Counted from the stretch's first letter, positions 50,206 to 60,992 are shown. The stretch: 61,310 nt of DNA from Pseudomonadota bacterium (GCA_043806755.1 JAZDGS010000023.1:1-61310), one strand, 5' to 3'. Numbers and translations: made by a program. Notes: generated from the sequence alone by a model not told the origin.

Positions 50206-50994
50206 CTACCGAAGGGTTCCGGCTGCAGGAGCAATAAGGGAATGAAGCATCCACCAGAATGCTTTTGCTTTATTATAACAGTTGATGCATTGAGAATGGG
50301 CACACTCCTCGCTGCAGGAAGGACATGCATGAGTTTCACACCATGAAGAACACCATTCACACCAGTCGCTTCCGTCCGGAAAGTAATTTCCATCCGGGTC
50401 GTAACTCTCAATATCGGCGAAATCAAAGAGCACTTTCTGATTTGCCGTGCAAAAGGACCGGATCATCTGATTGTTGCCGTACAGGGTTCCAATAGGGCCG
50501 GATCCGTCAAGATGGCCGGTCATGTAAACAAAAGTCACATGGGGATAATCGCGTTCGAGCTGATTCATCCGGTTCAGATAATCGTTGACTTCATGGGGAG
50601 CATATCCTGAAAGCTGGCCGCACCACGACCAGATTACCAAGTTGGTCTGCGGATAGGTCCCTAAATAGGTCCGGGTTTTCGTCTCCCATTCCGGATACCC
50701 CAGGTCGGGATCATCCTCGTAAATGAGAGGCCGATCGTAGCGGCCGGGAAAGAGCGTATCATCTTCGCTTTCAAGAAGGCCCATGCCGGTAACGACCTGA
50801 CTTCCATGCGAGGTATGCCCGTAATAGATAGAAAAGTGAGCCCGGATCTGATCGAAACGGTCTACCGAGATGAGGGGGAACTGGGTTACGGCCTGATGAT
50901 CTACAACAACAAGGGCGGCTTGCACGGCCGGACTTCCGGTAGCGCAACAGAGTGCTGTGGCAACAAAAACGCACTTCCACCATTTGATACTCAT
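50206..50994 (-). CDS. Secreted hypothetical protein with a Cys-rich C-terminus
   Basis: AGGAGG RBS before the ATG at 50994; signal peptide ending AVQA; motif-like blocks YGHTSHGSQ, WSWCG, YMTGH, FDFADIESYDPDG and CAHS. Confidence 0.75.
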   Translation of the reverse strand: MSIKWWKCVFVATALCCATGSPAVQAALVVVDHQAVTQFPLISVDRFDQIRAHFSIYYGHTSHGSQVVTGMGLLESEDDTLFPGRYDRPLIYEDDPDLGYPEWETKTRTYLGTYPQTNLVIWSWCGQLSGYAPHEVNDYLNRMNQLERDYPHVTFVYMTGHLDGSGPIGTLYGNNQMIRSFCTANQKVLFDFADIESYDPDGNYFPDGSDWCEWCSSWCETHACPSCSEECAHSQCINCYNKAKAFWWMLHSLIAPAAGTLR

Positions 50995-51175
50995 GAATGC
51001 CTCCTTTTCTTCGGCGATCGATAACATCACCGATTGCGGAACAGTTTGGTTTTTAAAGGAGATTCGAGAACACCATCGTGTCATCGCTTCCATTACCGGA
51101 TCAACGCGATAAGTCGTTTGAAACGGTTAAACCGGATCGATCGAAATGCTTTTTTCTCAATAAGGGAATGTGATT

Positions 51176-51205
51176 TATCTAGCACAAGTGGAAAGGCAAA
51201 GTCAA
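51176..51205 (-). promoter_or_regulatory. Putative sigma70 promoter for the secreted hypothetical gene
   Basis: TTGACT-18 nt-TAGATA with an extended TG, on the minus strand. Confidence 0.4.
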
Positions 51206-51270
51206 TAAAAAGACTTTTTACAAAAGGAATGGGTTTCGGAAAATCGAAACTCCGCGATAGCGGGATCGAT

Positions 51271-53892
51271 TTATTTGACCACGTCATAAACCTGTGCAAG
51301 GGCTTCATCGATCATTTCGGTCCGGGTCCCTCCGGCCTGGGCCATATCAGCCCGTCCACCCCCGCTTCCTCCAACCGTGATTGCGATCTTGCCGATGATT
51401 CTTCCGGCATGGTACCGTTCCGTTAAGTCCCTGGTGACCACGGCGATTAAAAATGCCTTTGAACCGGCCACGGTCCCTAAAACGACGATTCCGGATCCGA
51501 TTTTTTCCTTGAATGTATCGGCAAGCTCCCTTAACGCCGCCGGAGTGTCGACGGATACTTTTTTGGAAACGACCCGGATCCCGTTGACCGATCGGGTCTC
51601 TTCATCGATGCGGTCCACCGATTTGGCAGCAAGCTTCCCTTTCAGTTTTTCGATCTCTTTTTCAAGAGTTTTCTGGCGGGACAAAACGGATTCCACACGC
51701 TGATATAACGATTCCGGTCTATCTTTTACAAGCCGTGCCGTATCGTGTATAATCTTCGAAAACTGCTGAACATAAGAAAGAGCCGCCTCTCCGGTTACGG
51801 CTTCGATCCGTCGCACCCCCGAAGCCACACTCGATTCACCCATGATCTTGAATAATCCGATATTTCCTGTCCGGTCAGTATGGGTGCCGCCGCAAAGCTC
51901 CTTGCTGTAGGAAGAAAGACTGATCACCCGGACCCGATCCCCGTATTTTTCTTCAAAAAGGGCTGTAGCGCCGCTTTTAAACGCCGCTTCGGCCTCCATT
52001 TCCACTGAACTGACCGGCGAATTCTCTCGGATCCGTTCGTTCACCATCCGCTCTATCTGGGTCAACGTATCCGCATCGATCGATGAAAAATGGGTAAAAT
52101 CGAATCGAAGCCGGTCGGGAGCCACCATCGAACCGGCCTGCTTGACATGTTCACCCAAAACGCTTCTCAGAACGGCATGTAGGATATGGGTTGCCGTATG
52201 GTTCAACGCCACGGCACGGCGATTTTTTGGATCGACGTTGAGCAAAACCGAATCACCGGCCTTTAATTTTCCTGAAAGAACCGTTCCTTTATGTATAATG
52301 ATCCCCGTCGGGTCTTTGATCGTATTCCAAATCCGGATACGCGCATCCGGCCCGACGATCTCCCCGATATCCCCCACCTGTCCCCCGGCCTCTCCGTAAA
52401 ACGGCGTCTTTTCTGTAACGATTTCCGCTTCACTCCCCTGGAGCGCTTCTTCTGTTTTACTTCCGTCCGTTGCGATCAGCACGACTTTCGAATGGGCTAA
52501 AAACGTATCGTAACCCACAAATTCCGGTTTGAAACCGCTTGAGGAAAGCGCTTTGTAGGCATCTCCGATTTCGGCAAACACCGCCGTGGACCTGGATTTT
52601 TCCTTTTGAAGGGTCATGCACTTATTGAAGCCGGTCATATCAACGGTCAATTGTTCATCTCTGGCCACATCCATGACGATATCGACCGGAAATCCATAGG
52701 TGTCATACAGCTTAAAAACAACCTCCCCCGGGACTTGAGAAACCCCCTTGGCCTTCATATCCGACAAGGTATCGTTTAAAAGCCTTAATCCATAATCGAG
52801 TGTTTCAGAAAACCGGATCTCCTCGTTTTGAATCACATTCCCGATGAATGTCCGTCCTTCGTGCAACTCGGGATAGGACGCCTTCATGATCTCATACACC
52901 ACTTCCGCGGTTTTGTTTAAAAACGATTTGGTTAACCCGATGTTGCGCCCGTACCGGATGGCACGGCGCATGATCCGTCTTAATACATATCCCCTCCCCT
53001 CGTTGGACGGAAGCACGCCGTCCCCGATGAGAAAGGCGGCCGCCCGGGAATGATCCGCGATGACCTTCATGGCCACGTCTGCTTGGGCGGATCCTCCCAG
53101 TTTCTTTTCCGAGAGCGATTCCACTTTCGAAATGATCGGGCGGATCAGGTCCGTATCATAGTTGGTGGGCGCATTTTGGATGACGGAAACGACCCGTTCA
53201 AGCCCCATCCCCGTATCGATGCTCGGCTTTGGAAGCGGAGTCAGCTTCCCGGTCGAATCGCGATTGAACTGCATGAACACCAGGTTCCAAATTTCCAGAT
53301 ACCGGTCGCATTCGCATCCCACCCGGCAATCCGGTTTTCCGCACCCGTATTGCTCTCCCCGATCGATGATGATTTCGCTGCACGGGCCGCATGGGCCTGT
53401 ATCCCCCATGGCCCAAAAATTGTCTTTCTCCCCAAAACGGACAATCCGGTCTTCAGGGATTCCGATCATCCGATGCCACAGATCATAGGCCTCATCATCT
53501 TCAAGATAGACTGAAGCCCATAGCTTGTCCGGGGGGAATTTAAAACCGTTGGTTAGCAAATCCCATCCGTATTCGACGGCCTTCTCCTTGAAGTAATCCC
53601 CAAAGGAGAAATTCCCAAGCATTTCGAAAAAGGTATGGTGCCTTGCGGTGTATCCGACGTTTTCCAGATCGTTGTGTTTGCCGCCGGCCCGGACGCATTT
53701 CTGAGATGTGACGGCCCGTTTGTAACCCCGGTTTTCTTCTCCCAAAAAACAGCGCTTGAACTGAACCATCCCTGCATTGGTGAAGAGGAGCGTGGGGTCG
53801 TCGGATGGAACAAGGGATGAACTCCGGACTACCCGGTGGTCGTATTTTTTAAAAAAATCCAGAAAGTAGCTGCGAACCTCGTTTCCGGTCAT
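51271..53892 (-). CDS. alaS: Alanine--tRNA ligase
   Basis: LLFTNAGMVQFK, HHTFFEMLGNFSFGDYFK, NHTATHILH, ELCGGTH and GGGRADMAQAGG motifs. Confidence 0.98.
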   Translation of the reverse strand: MTGNEVRSYFLDFFKKYDHRVVRSSSLVPSDDPTLLFTNAGMVQFKRCFLGEENRGYKRAVTSQKCVRAGGKHNDLENVGYTARHHTFFEMLGNFSFGDYFKEKAVEYGWDLLTNGFKFPPDKLWASVYLEDDEAYDLWHRMIGIPEDRIVRFGEKDNFWAMGDTGPCGPCSEIIIDRGEQYGCGKPDCRVGCECDRYLEIWNLVFMQFNRDSTGKLTPLPKPSIDTGMGLERVVSVIQNAPTNYDTDLIRPIISKVESLSEKKLGGSAQADVAMKVIADHSRAAAFLIGDGVLPSNEGRGYVLRRIMRRAIRYGRNIGLTKSFLNKTAEVVYEIMKASYPELHEGRTFIGNVIQNEEIRFSETLDYGLRLLNDTLSDMKAKGVSQVPGEVVFKLYDTYGFPVDIVMDVARDEQLTVDMTGFNKCMTLQKEKSRSTAVFAEIGDAYKALSSSGFKPEFVGYDTFLAHSKVVLIATDGSKTEEALQGSEAEIVTEKTPFYGEAGGQVGDIGEIVGPDARIRIWNTIKDPTGIIIHKGTVLSGKLKAGDSVLLNVDPKNRRAVALNHTATHILHAVLRSVLGEHVKQAGSMVAPDRLRFDFTHFSSIDADTLTQIERMVNERIRENSPVSSVEMEAEAAFKSGATALFEEKYGDRVRVISLSSYSKELCGGTHTDRTGNIGLFKIMGESSVASGVRRIEAVTGEAALSYVQQFSKIIHDTARLVKDRPESLYQRVESVLSRQKTLEKEIEKLKGKLAAKSVDRIDEETRSVNGIRVVSKKVSVDTPAALRELADTFKEKIGSGIVVLGTVAGSKAFLIAVVTRDLTERYHAGRIIGKIAITVGGSGGGRADMAQAGGTRTEMIDEALAQVYDVVK

Positions 53893-53895
53893 AAA

Positions 53896-54930
53896 TTACT
53901 TCTTCTCCTGCGGATGTGTGGCTCCGGGTCCTTTTTTGGAGATACCGAACACCTCTTTGGTTTTCAGTAAAACGGCGTTGGCGATATCGGCGTTTTCTTC
54001 GAGAAATCGTTTGGCATTTTCCCGACCCTGGCCGATCCGTTCCCCGTTGTATGAAAACCATGTTCCGCTTTTATCGATCACGTTCCATCCAACAGCGGTA
54101 TCGAGAAGATCCCCGGCTTTGGATATCCCCTCTCCATAGAGGATATCGAATTCCGCTTCTTTAAACGGCGGAGCCATTTTATTTTTTACCACCCGGACTT
54201 TGGTCCGGCTTCCCACGACATCCTGCCCGTTCTTGATGGCACTGACCCGCCGGATATCGAGTCGGAGAGAGGCATAAAATTTTAATGCATTCCCCCCTGT
54301 GGTGGTCTCCGGGTTGCCGAAAAAGACGCCGATTTTCATCCGGATCTGGTTGATGAAAATCACCGAGGTCATGGTTTTTCCGATAGCCCCGGTCAGTTTT
54401 CTCAACGCCTGAGACATGAGCCGTGCCTGAAGCCCCATGTGGGCATCTCCCATTTCTCCTTCAATCTCGGCTCTCGGTACGAGAGCAGCCACCGAATCGA
54501 TGACGATGACATCAACGGCGCCGCTTCTCACCAGCATTTCCGTGATTTCAAGGGCCTGCTCGCCGGTATCCGGCTGGGAAACGAGGAGTTCATCGCTGTT
54601 GACCCCCAGCTTTTTCGCATACAGGATATCGAGAGCATGCTCCGCATCAATGAAAGCGGCAATCCCTCCCTGCTTCTGGGCCTCGGCAACGGCATGCAGC
54701 GCCAGAGTCGTTTTACCGGAGGATTCGGGCCCGAATATTTCAATGACTCTTCCTCTGGGAATACCGCCGATTCCAAGTGCATGATCGAGTGCGAGAGATC
54801 CGGTGGAAATAACCGGAACTTCAATGATGGAATCACCTCCCAGCCTCATAATCGCGCCCTTGCCGAATTGGCGCTCGATCTGGCTGATGGCGCTTTCCAC
54901 CGCCTTTTCCTTTTCCGGTGAGCTCACCAT
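53896..54930 (-). CDS. recA: Recombinase RecA
   Basis: [32 protein letters not shown] and GGNALKFY motifs. Confidence 0.99.
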   Translation of the reverse strand: MVSSPEKEKAVESAISQIERQFGKGAIMRLGGDSIIEVPVISTGSLALDHALGIGGIPRGRVIEIFGPESSGKTTLALHAVAEAQKQGGIAAFIDAEHALDILYAKKLGVNSDELLVSQPDTGEQALEITEMLVRSGAVDVIVIDSVAALVPRAEIEGEMGDAHMGLQARLMSQALRKLTGAIGKTMTSVIFINQIRMKIGVFFGNPETTTGGNALKFYASLRLDIRRVSAIKNGQDVVGSRTKVRVVKNKMAPPFKEAEFDILYGEGISKAGDLLDTAVGWNVIDKSGTWFSYNGERIGQGRENAKRFLEENADIANAVLLKTKEVFGISKKGPGATHPQEKK

Positions 54931-54944
54931 GGCATCCTCCTTTT

Positions 54945-55541
54945 TTATGGTGACAAACGGACGCTCGAAAGCGTCGTATAAACGACTCCTGAGGGTTTTA
55001 ATTCGCTTTGAAAGAGTGTTATCGTATCCAGGACGAAGGGGGGGGACTCAAACGATCCCAACGCTTCCAGCGCTTTTGAAAGCTCCATAGGGTTGATCTG
55101 TTCCTTGAACCGTCCCAGCGTTAAATGCCCCTGAAACGGCCGGCTCTCCTTTTGGTATCCGATGGATGCCAGGCGATCTTGCAAAACGCCCTGAATTTGA
55201 ATCAGAGCCTCTTTCCGGCCGGACAGGCCGACCCAGATGACGCGGGGGCGATTTACACCCGGAAATACACCGATCCCTTTTGCCGACAGATCAAACGGTG
55301 CAACCCCTTTAACCGCATCCTGCATCACGTGAACAACCGGTTCCAATTGCGCCGGGTCGATACGGCCGAGAAATTTGAGCGTCAGATGGATGCTCTCGGG
55401 TCTTATCCATCTTGCTTTCAGGTGAAACGACCGCAATCGGTCCGAGAGTGCTGCAATGGATCGACGGATCTCTTCCGGAAGTTCAAACGCGATAAACGAC
55501 CGGATCCCCTCTTGCATATTGCGTTTGGTTTTATCCGCCAC
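54945..55541 (-). CDS. thpR: RNA 2',3'-cyclic phosphodiesterase (2H phosphoesterase)
   Basis: Two HxT motifs ([14 protein letters not shown]) and PRVIWVG; located upstream of recA. Confidence 0.93.
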   Translation of the reverse strand: MADKTKRNMQEGIRSFIAFELPEEIRRSIAALSDRLRSFHLKARWIRPESIHLTLKFLGRIDPAQLEPVVHVMQDAVKGVAPFDLSAKGIGVFPGVNRPRVIWVGLSGRKEALIQIQGVLQDRLASIGYQKESRPFQGHLTLGRFKEQINPMELSKALEALGSFESPPFVLDTITLFQSELKPSGVVYTTLSSVRLSP

Positions 55542-55571
55542 TTCGTATCGGGCAACCTATCCGTTATTCCA

Positions 55572-56744
55572 TCATTTCGCCGGGAGTGTAAACTGAGGCG
55601 TTCCCAAAAAAAACTCCCCTTTCAAGATCCACTGTTTCAATGTTTCCGCAATTTCTCTTGCTTTTACCACGCTTGAAAGCGGAACCGTGGGAACCGTTTC
55701 TCCGTTGACCTGAATGCTCCCGCTCTTTAACTCGGCATAGCTGACCTGACCATAGCTTTTCCGGATGCCGTTCGGATAGTCATGGCCATAATCCACCACT
55801 TGGGTGAAGATCTCTTCATCGGATATTCCGGTATATTGGGCGATCTCTTCATTTAAAACAGGAATAGGGGCCCCCAATCCCACGGATAACGAGCATCCAT
55901 ACCCCTGGATGCTCGCCCCCACCAGCCACCCTGGAGCCATCTCCTTCAGGTCACCCATCACCCAGAGCGTCCCGGCAGGGGAGAAAGGAACCCCTTTACC
56001 AGACCTCTTTATGGAAGGGTTGTGTTGCGTCCCGTGCCATGTCACATACCCTACCCCTCCTCCAAGAAATATCCGCGTCCCCAGTCCGATCGTCTGATAG
56101 TAGGGATCGTTAAGGAGGGGGCTTAACTGTCCGGCTGAACAATAATTGGCATTCCCCATCCTGGGTTTGAGCGCTCCCATGTAAGTATAAATGGTTTTGT
56201 TCGTCAAATTGACCGCACAGTTATAATTCTGATACCCGTTTCTCGGATTGCAGAGCGTTGCCTGAGGAAGCGTTGCGAGATTGATCACTTTTTCGATCAT
56301 CCGGTTGGGATAGCAATCCGTACCATAGGCGACGGCTTTTAAATAGACATCCTTCTTTGCGACCAGATCCTCGATGACATGCCCTCCGCCGTAATTGAAT
56401 TCACCCGGATAGACCTTGTTAAGCGGATCATCTTCGCACGGCTCCGTGACCCCGATATAACAGTCCACGGCAGCCAGGCCGGCATAGGCCGGAACTTTAT
56501 TCAACCAAACCTTGGATGCCTTGATCGGAGGAACCGAATGCCCGAAATTGATAAACGCTCCGGACGAACACATGGGAGCGAACGTGCCGGTAGTCACGAC
56601 ATCCACCTGTCTTGCCGCTTCCATGGCCCCTTCGGATTTGACGATTGGGATCATTTCTTCCGCAGTGACCACAACCACGTCACCGGATCTGATTTTTTCG
56701 TTGATTTCTTCAATTGTTTTATTCACCCGGTATTTCTTTTTCAC
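55572..56744 (-). CDS. Homocysteine biosynthesis enzyme (DUF39, MA1821-like)
   Basis: KTIEEINEKI, DVVTTGTFAPMCSSG, YGGGHVIEDL, GTDCYP, NPRNGYQNY and TIGLGTRIFLGG motifs. Confidence 0.88.
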   Translation of the reverse strand: MKKKYRVNKTIEEINEKIRSGDVVVVTAEEMIPIVKSEGAMEAARQVDVVTTGTFAPMCSSGAFINFGHSVPPIKASKVWLNKVPAYAGLAAVDCYIGVTEPCEDDPLNKVYPGEFNYGGGHVIEDLVAKKDVYLKAVAYGTDCYPNRMIEKVINLATLPQATLCNPRNGYQNYNCAVNLTNKTIYTYMGALKPRMGNANYCSAGQLSPLLNDPYYQTIGLGTRIFLGGGVGYVTWHGTQHNPSIKRSGKGVPFSPAGTLWVMGDLKEMAPGWLVGASIQGYGCSLSVGLGAPIPVLNEEIAQYTGISDEEIFTQVVDYGHDYPNGIRKSYGQVSYAELKSGSIQVNGETVPTVPLSSVVKAREIAETLKQWILKGEFFLGTPQFTLPAK

Positions 56745-56785
56745 CTGAGATCCTCCGCCGCCCTCTTCCTCAAATCAGGTATCGG

Positions 56786-58159
56786 TCAATCGCTTTCCGC
56801 ACCGTTTAACTTCGCATCGATCCGTTTTTGAATCCACAAGGGATCCCACCATTCCACTGGATGAACAAAAGTATTATGGATAATGATGCTGAAATGGAGA
56901 TGGTCCCCCCCGGCTAAACCGGTAATGCCGGTATGCCCGATGACCTGCCCCTTATCCGCCATTTGACCGTTTTGTATATCAAACCGGCTCAGGTGTGAAT
57001 ACATACTGAATAGACCGAACCCATGATCGATAATGATGGTTTTTCCGTAAATTCCGAGTTGATCCGCAAAAATCACCTTTCCGGTATTTGATGCAGGAAC
57101 CGGCGATTGTTCAAGTGAGGCAAGGTCGACACCCAGATGAAACTGGCTGTCGATGACCTTCCCTTGATAGAGGTATTCCCGGTGATCGGCAAATCCGGCC
57201 TGAGGTCCGGAATTGGGAAGCCGCAAAAAGGGGCCTTCCCAGTACTTTTTTCGTTCCGGGTTTTTACAGATCTCCACGACTTGACGGTAATTCCGCTCCC
57301 GGAGTTCCCGGTTGACTTTCAGGAAGCGATCAATGGGGCTTCCTGACGCACCATTTCCCAGATCATCGTCGAATTCCGGCATTTTATTGTTTAAAAATTC
57401 GTCAGAAAGGGTAATGACATCTTTTTTAAACGACTTGGGCTTGATTTGATGGGAAAACCCGGACCGCACGCTGTTTCCGACTTCATCCGTCGCCTGAATG
57501 AAAAGGGTCGTGCCGGGACCCTGTTTGTGATCGAGCGCAAAATAGGAGAGATACGTCAGCGGATCCTGAAAGTAGCCGGAATACCCCGGGAAAAATCGAT
57601 CCCCGACCATCACTCCGTTTTGAGGGCTCGGCTCTGAAATTTTATATACCACAAGCCCTGTCCCTCCCTGGTTAAGATAATGAAATTTGCTCAAAACCGC
57701 CACTTGAGGAGGGTGGGTGTCGATAGTGAATTCCTTTTCAACCCAAACCTTATTCCCGCTCAACCAGTTTCGCCACGACGCATCAACGGCGATTATACGC
57801 AGCTTTCCCTTCCCATCCGGAATTCCCAGTTTTTTTGGTTCGATCACAAGAGGATACGACTTGCGTTTTACATCGCTTCCTGAAAAAAAGCCGGGCGAAG
57901 AGAGGCTTTCGTCAATCAGAACAAACTCCCTCCCGTCCTTTATCAGGGTAGCCCATATTTTTTTCAGACCGCTCTTTTCATCGGATACCGCTATTGTCAG
58001 ATCGCGACGAAGACCTATGGAAACGGATTCGGGGGACATCTGAACCTGCGGCAACTCCCCTTCCAGCTTGAAGACAAGAAGAACAATGCAAACGATCAAG
58101 ATGATCCCAAGCATGGGGATCGCGAATCGCCATTTTGTCTTTTTTTCTTTTGTTTTCAA
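56786..58159 (-). CDS. M23 family metallopeptidase, membrane-anchored
   Basis: N-terminal TM helix; HLGVD (HxxxD), YSHLS, GDHLHF (HxH). Probable TTG start at 58159 after GGAGG. Confidence 0.9.
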   Translation of the reverse strand: MKTKEKKTKWRFAIPMLGIILIVCIVLLVFKLEGELPQVQMSPESVSIGLRRDLTIAVSDEKSGLKKIWATLIKDGREFVLIDESLSSPGFFSGSDVKRKSYPLVIEPKKLGIPDGKGKLRIIAVDASWRNWLSGNKVWVEKEFTIDTHPPQVAVLSKFHYLNQGGTGLVVYKISEPSPQNGVMVGDRFFPGYSGYFQDPLTYLSYFALDHKQGPGTTLFIQATDEVGNSVRSGFSHQIKPKSFKKDVITLSDEFLNNKMPEFDDDLGNGASGSPIDRFLKVNRELRERNYRQVVEICKNPERKKYWEGPFLRLPNSGPQAGFADHREYLYQGKVIDSQFHLGVDLASLEQSPVPASNTGKVIFADQLGIYGKTIIIDHGFGLFSMYSHLSRFDIQNGQMADKGQVIGHTGITGLAGGDHLHFSIIIHNTFVHPVEWWDPLWIQKRIDAKLNGAESD

Positions 58160-58242
58160 TCGATTATATATAACCTCCCCTTTTGATCGGGAGGAGACAA
58201 TAGCAGTTAAACCCGCGGCGATCAAGGCTTCTTTTTCGTTTC

Positions 58243-58271
58243 TTGACTTTTCGACTCATTAAAGATAGATT
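58243..58271 (+). promoter_or_regulatory. Putative sigma70 promoter for the kdsA-lpt operon
   Basis: TTGACT-17 nt-TAGATT. Confidence 0.6.
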
Positions 58272-58418
58272 TTATATCTTTCACATCGCAAGGAACGAGC
58301 CCGCCGGAAGCTCATGAATCACGAGGCACGAACCCGCCAAAGGCGGGTAAAGGACAAATCGCGAAAAGAAAAGCATGAAACCCGGATACGATGCTTTGAA
58401 TAGCCAACCGAGAGGAAA

Positions 58419-59252
58419 ATGATGCGGCCATCCAGACAGGTTCAAATCCAAGGCGACCTGACCATCGGCGGAAGAGGTCCTCTGGTATTGATTGCAGGCC
58501 CTTGCGTGATCGAAGATCCGGACACAACCTTTGAAATCGCCGCATTTCTTCAGGATCTGACCTTAAGGCTTAAAATGCCGTTTGTTTTCAAGGCATCCTA
58601 TGATAAGGCCAACCGAACCTCCATCGATTCGTTCCGGGGTCCGGGTATCCTCGATGGGCTTCAAATCCTTGATGAAATCAAACAGAAGTTACATATCTGC
58701 GTTCTTTCAGATGTCCACCGGATTTCCGAAATTTCGAAAGCCGAAAAGGTGCTCGACATGATCCAGATCCCCGCCTTTTTATGCCGGCAGACCGATTTCA
58801 TCGCCGAGGTTGCCCGAACCGGCAAACCCGTCAATATCAAAAAAGGGCAGTTTTTATCGCCCAGAGATATGGGAAACGTCGTTAAAAAGGCAACCTCCAC
58901 GGGAAACCACCGGATTGTCATCACGGAACGGGGAAGCATGTTCGGCTATAATAACCTTGTCGTCGATTTCAGGGGCGTTCCGATCATGCAGACGATCGGG
59001 TACCCGGTGGTATTCGATGCCACGCATAGCGTTCAGCTGCCGGGTGGAGAGGGGTTGAGCTCAGGCGGCGAAAGGGAGTTCGCACCGCTTTTGGCAAAAG
59101 CCGCGGTCGCCGCCGGAGTCGACGGCATTTTCATGGAAGTCCATCCCGATCCGGATAAGGCCCTGTGCGACGGCCCCAACTCCCTCAGGCTCGATACCCT
59201 CGAGGAGCTTTTAAAAAGCCTCATAAGGATCCGGGAGGCGGCGGTTTCATGA
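58419..59252 (+). CDS. kdsA: KDO 8-phosphate synthase
   Basis: AGPCVIE, KASYDKANRTS, PAFLCRQTD, KKGQF, DATHSVQ and EVHPDP..ALCDG motifs. Confidence 0.97.
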   Translation: MMRPSRQVQIQGDLTIGGRGPLVLIAGPCVIEDPDTTFEIAAFLQDLTLRLKMPFVFKASYDKANRTSIDSFRGPGILDGLQILDEIKQKLHICVLSDVHRISEISKAEKVLDMIQIPAFLCRQTDFIAEVARTGKPVNIKKGQFLSPRDMGNVVKKATSTGNHRIVITERGSMFGYNNLVVDFRGVPIMQTIGYPVVFDATHSVQLPGGEGLSSGGEREFAPLLAKAAVAAGVDGIFMEVHPDPDKALCDGPNSLRLDTLEELLKSLIRIREAAVS

Positions 59253-59318
59253 CCTGCCCCCCCGCGGGTCGTATCGGACATCACTTGTAAATGACTTACG
59301 AGCAAAGCGTTTTCTAGA

Positions 59319-59849
59319 ATGAAAAACCGGCCGGACATCGAAACCAGATTGAAACAAGTCAAACTTCTTGCCATGGATGTGGACGGCGTGCTGACGGATG
59401 GAAGCATCATCTACAATGAGCACGGAGAAGAAATTAAAATATTTAACGTCAAAGACGGTCTTGGAATTCGATTTCTGATCAAGGCAGGGCTCATGGTATG
59501 CATCGTCACCGGGAGGGCCTCCGGAGCTCTTTTGCAACGCTGCCGGAACCTCGGAATCCATCATGTCTATGACGGCATTGCCGACAAAGCGGCTATCCTG
59601 CCGGTGATTTTAAAGGATATGCAGGTTAGTGCCGGTGAAATCGCTTTTATCGGCGATGATCTTCCGGATCTCCCTCTAATGCGCCAGGTCGGGTTGTCGA
59701 TCGGTGTTTCCGATGCCCACGACTTGATCCGTCAATCGGCAGATTGGATCACATCGGCAAAAGGAGGGGCCGGTGCAGTTAGAGAAGTCTGCGAAATGAT
59801 TCTCAATTCCAAAGGCCTCTGGAATCCGGCCCTTTACTCGTCCCTATGA
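59319..59849 (+). CDS. kdsC: KDO 8-phosphate phosphatase (HAD family)
   Basis: DVDGVLTDG, FNVKDGLG, GDDLPD and GGAGAVRE motifs. Confidence 0.95.
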   Translation: MKNRPDIETRLKQVKLLAMDVDGVLTDGSIIYNEHGEEIKIFNVKDGLGIRFLIKAGLMVCIVTGRASGALLQRCRNLGIHHVYDGIADKAAILPVILKDMQVSAGEIAFIGDDLPDLPLMRQVGLSIGVSDAHDLIRQSADWITSAKGGAGAVREVCEMILNSKGLWNPALYSSL

Positions 59850-60436
59850 AACGTCGAACCCGCTTCGTCACATCAAAAACCCTCCGATTCCTCCTTGCCG
59901 GTCTCATTTCATTGACGCTTTTGGGAGTTGCGGCGGTATTTATCGGGTACCGGAGCGTGTTTCAGAAACCGGATAAGGCCATTTCGATTTTGAATCAGAG
60001 GGAGGCCACCATTTCCCTGGCGGAGATACAACACACCGCGACTCGTGACGGAAAAAAAGAATGGATTCTGACCGCTAAATCCGCATATTTCGTCAGCGAA
60101 AAAAAGAAAACCTATATCCAACACCCTTCCGTCGTCTTCTTTATGGATGATGGAGGGGAAGTGCTCCTGTCAGCCCAGGAAGGTGTTATAAAAACAGACT
60201 CCAATGATATTACGGCTAGCGGAAACGTCGAGATCAAGCATAAGGATTATATTCTCAACGCTCAAAAATTATATTATATTCATGACAAGCGACTCATATT
60301 TTCGAAACTGCCTGTAGAAATCAGAGGGGCGAATTTTCATCTCACTGCAGATCGGATGTCGTATGACCTAAAAGCCAACAAATCCGTGCTCGACGGAAAT
60401 GTCAGAGGAACGCTTAATGAAAAAATGCCGTTATAA
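59846..60436 (+). CDS. lptC: LPS export protein LptC
   Basis: N-terminal TM followed by a beta-jellyroll pattern (EWILTAKSA, SGNV); position between kdsC and lptA. Confidence 0.85.
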   Translation: MKRRTRFVTSKTLRFLLAGLISLTLLGVAAVFIGYRSVFQKPDKAISILNQREATISLAEIQHTATRDGKKEWILTAKSAYFVSEKKKTYIQHPSVVFFMDDGGEVLLSAQEGVIKTDSNDITASGNVEIKHKDYILNAQKLYYIHDKRLIFSKLPVEIRGANFHLTADRMSYDLKANKSVLDGNVRGTLNEKMPL

Positions 60437-60992
60437 GACTGCACTATGTCAAACGATCGGGGTCCGTTCGATGCTGATCAGCACTTGCATCATGGTTGTC
60501 GCAGCCGCTGTTTTTGCCAAAAACACCGCCTCTCCCTCAAAACCAATCGAACCGGAGAAAACGATCCATATTATCTCGGACCGGCTTGAAGCGGACAACG
60601 AATCCAACGTTGCCGAATTCATCGGAAACGTCAGGGCAACCCAGGGGACTACGGTCATCACTTCAGACCGCCTCAAAGTCTATTATAAAGGGAGCGCCGA
60701 TCAAGTCGAAGCCATTGGCCCGGGCGAAGAGTCAATCCAGAAAATCGTTTGCACCGGCCATGTGGTCATCTCTTTCGATAACAGGGTTGCAAAGGCTGAA
60801 AATGCCGTATACATAGCAGAATCAAGGATTCTTATTTTAACAGGCCCTAAATCAACCCTGACAAGCGGTAAAAATACCGTAACCGGGGAAAAGATCACCA
60901 TATATCGAAACGATGGAAAGATTCATGTGGAAAGCGGAAGAGACGGCCGTGTGGAGGCCACTTTTTTTTCAACCGGAAAAGGGCTGGATTAA
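60399..60992 (+). CDS. lptA: LPS transport periplasmic protein LptA
   Basis: Signal peptide; IISDRLE, FIGNVRATQG, TGHVVI and GEKITI motifs. Start uncertain. Confidence 0.88.
   Translation: MSEERLMKKCRYKTALCQTIGVRSMLISTCIMVVAAAVFAKNTASPSKPIEPEKTIHIISDRLEADNESNVAEFIGNVRATQGTTVITSDRLKVYYKGSADQVEAIGPGEESIQKIVCTGHVVISFDNRVAKAENAVYIAESRILILTGPKSTLTSGKNTVTGEKITIYRNDGKIHVESGRDGRVEATFFSTGKGLD

Noticed and set aside
50270-50370. c-type heme-binding sites in the Cys-rich tail
   Set aside because: None of the CxxC motifs is followed by His (no CxxCH).
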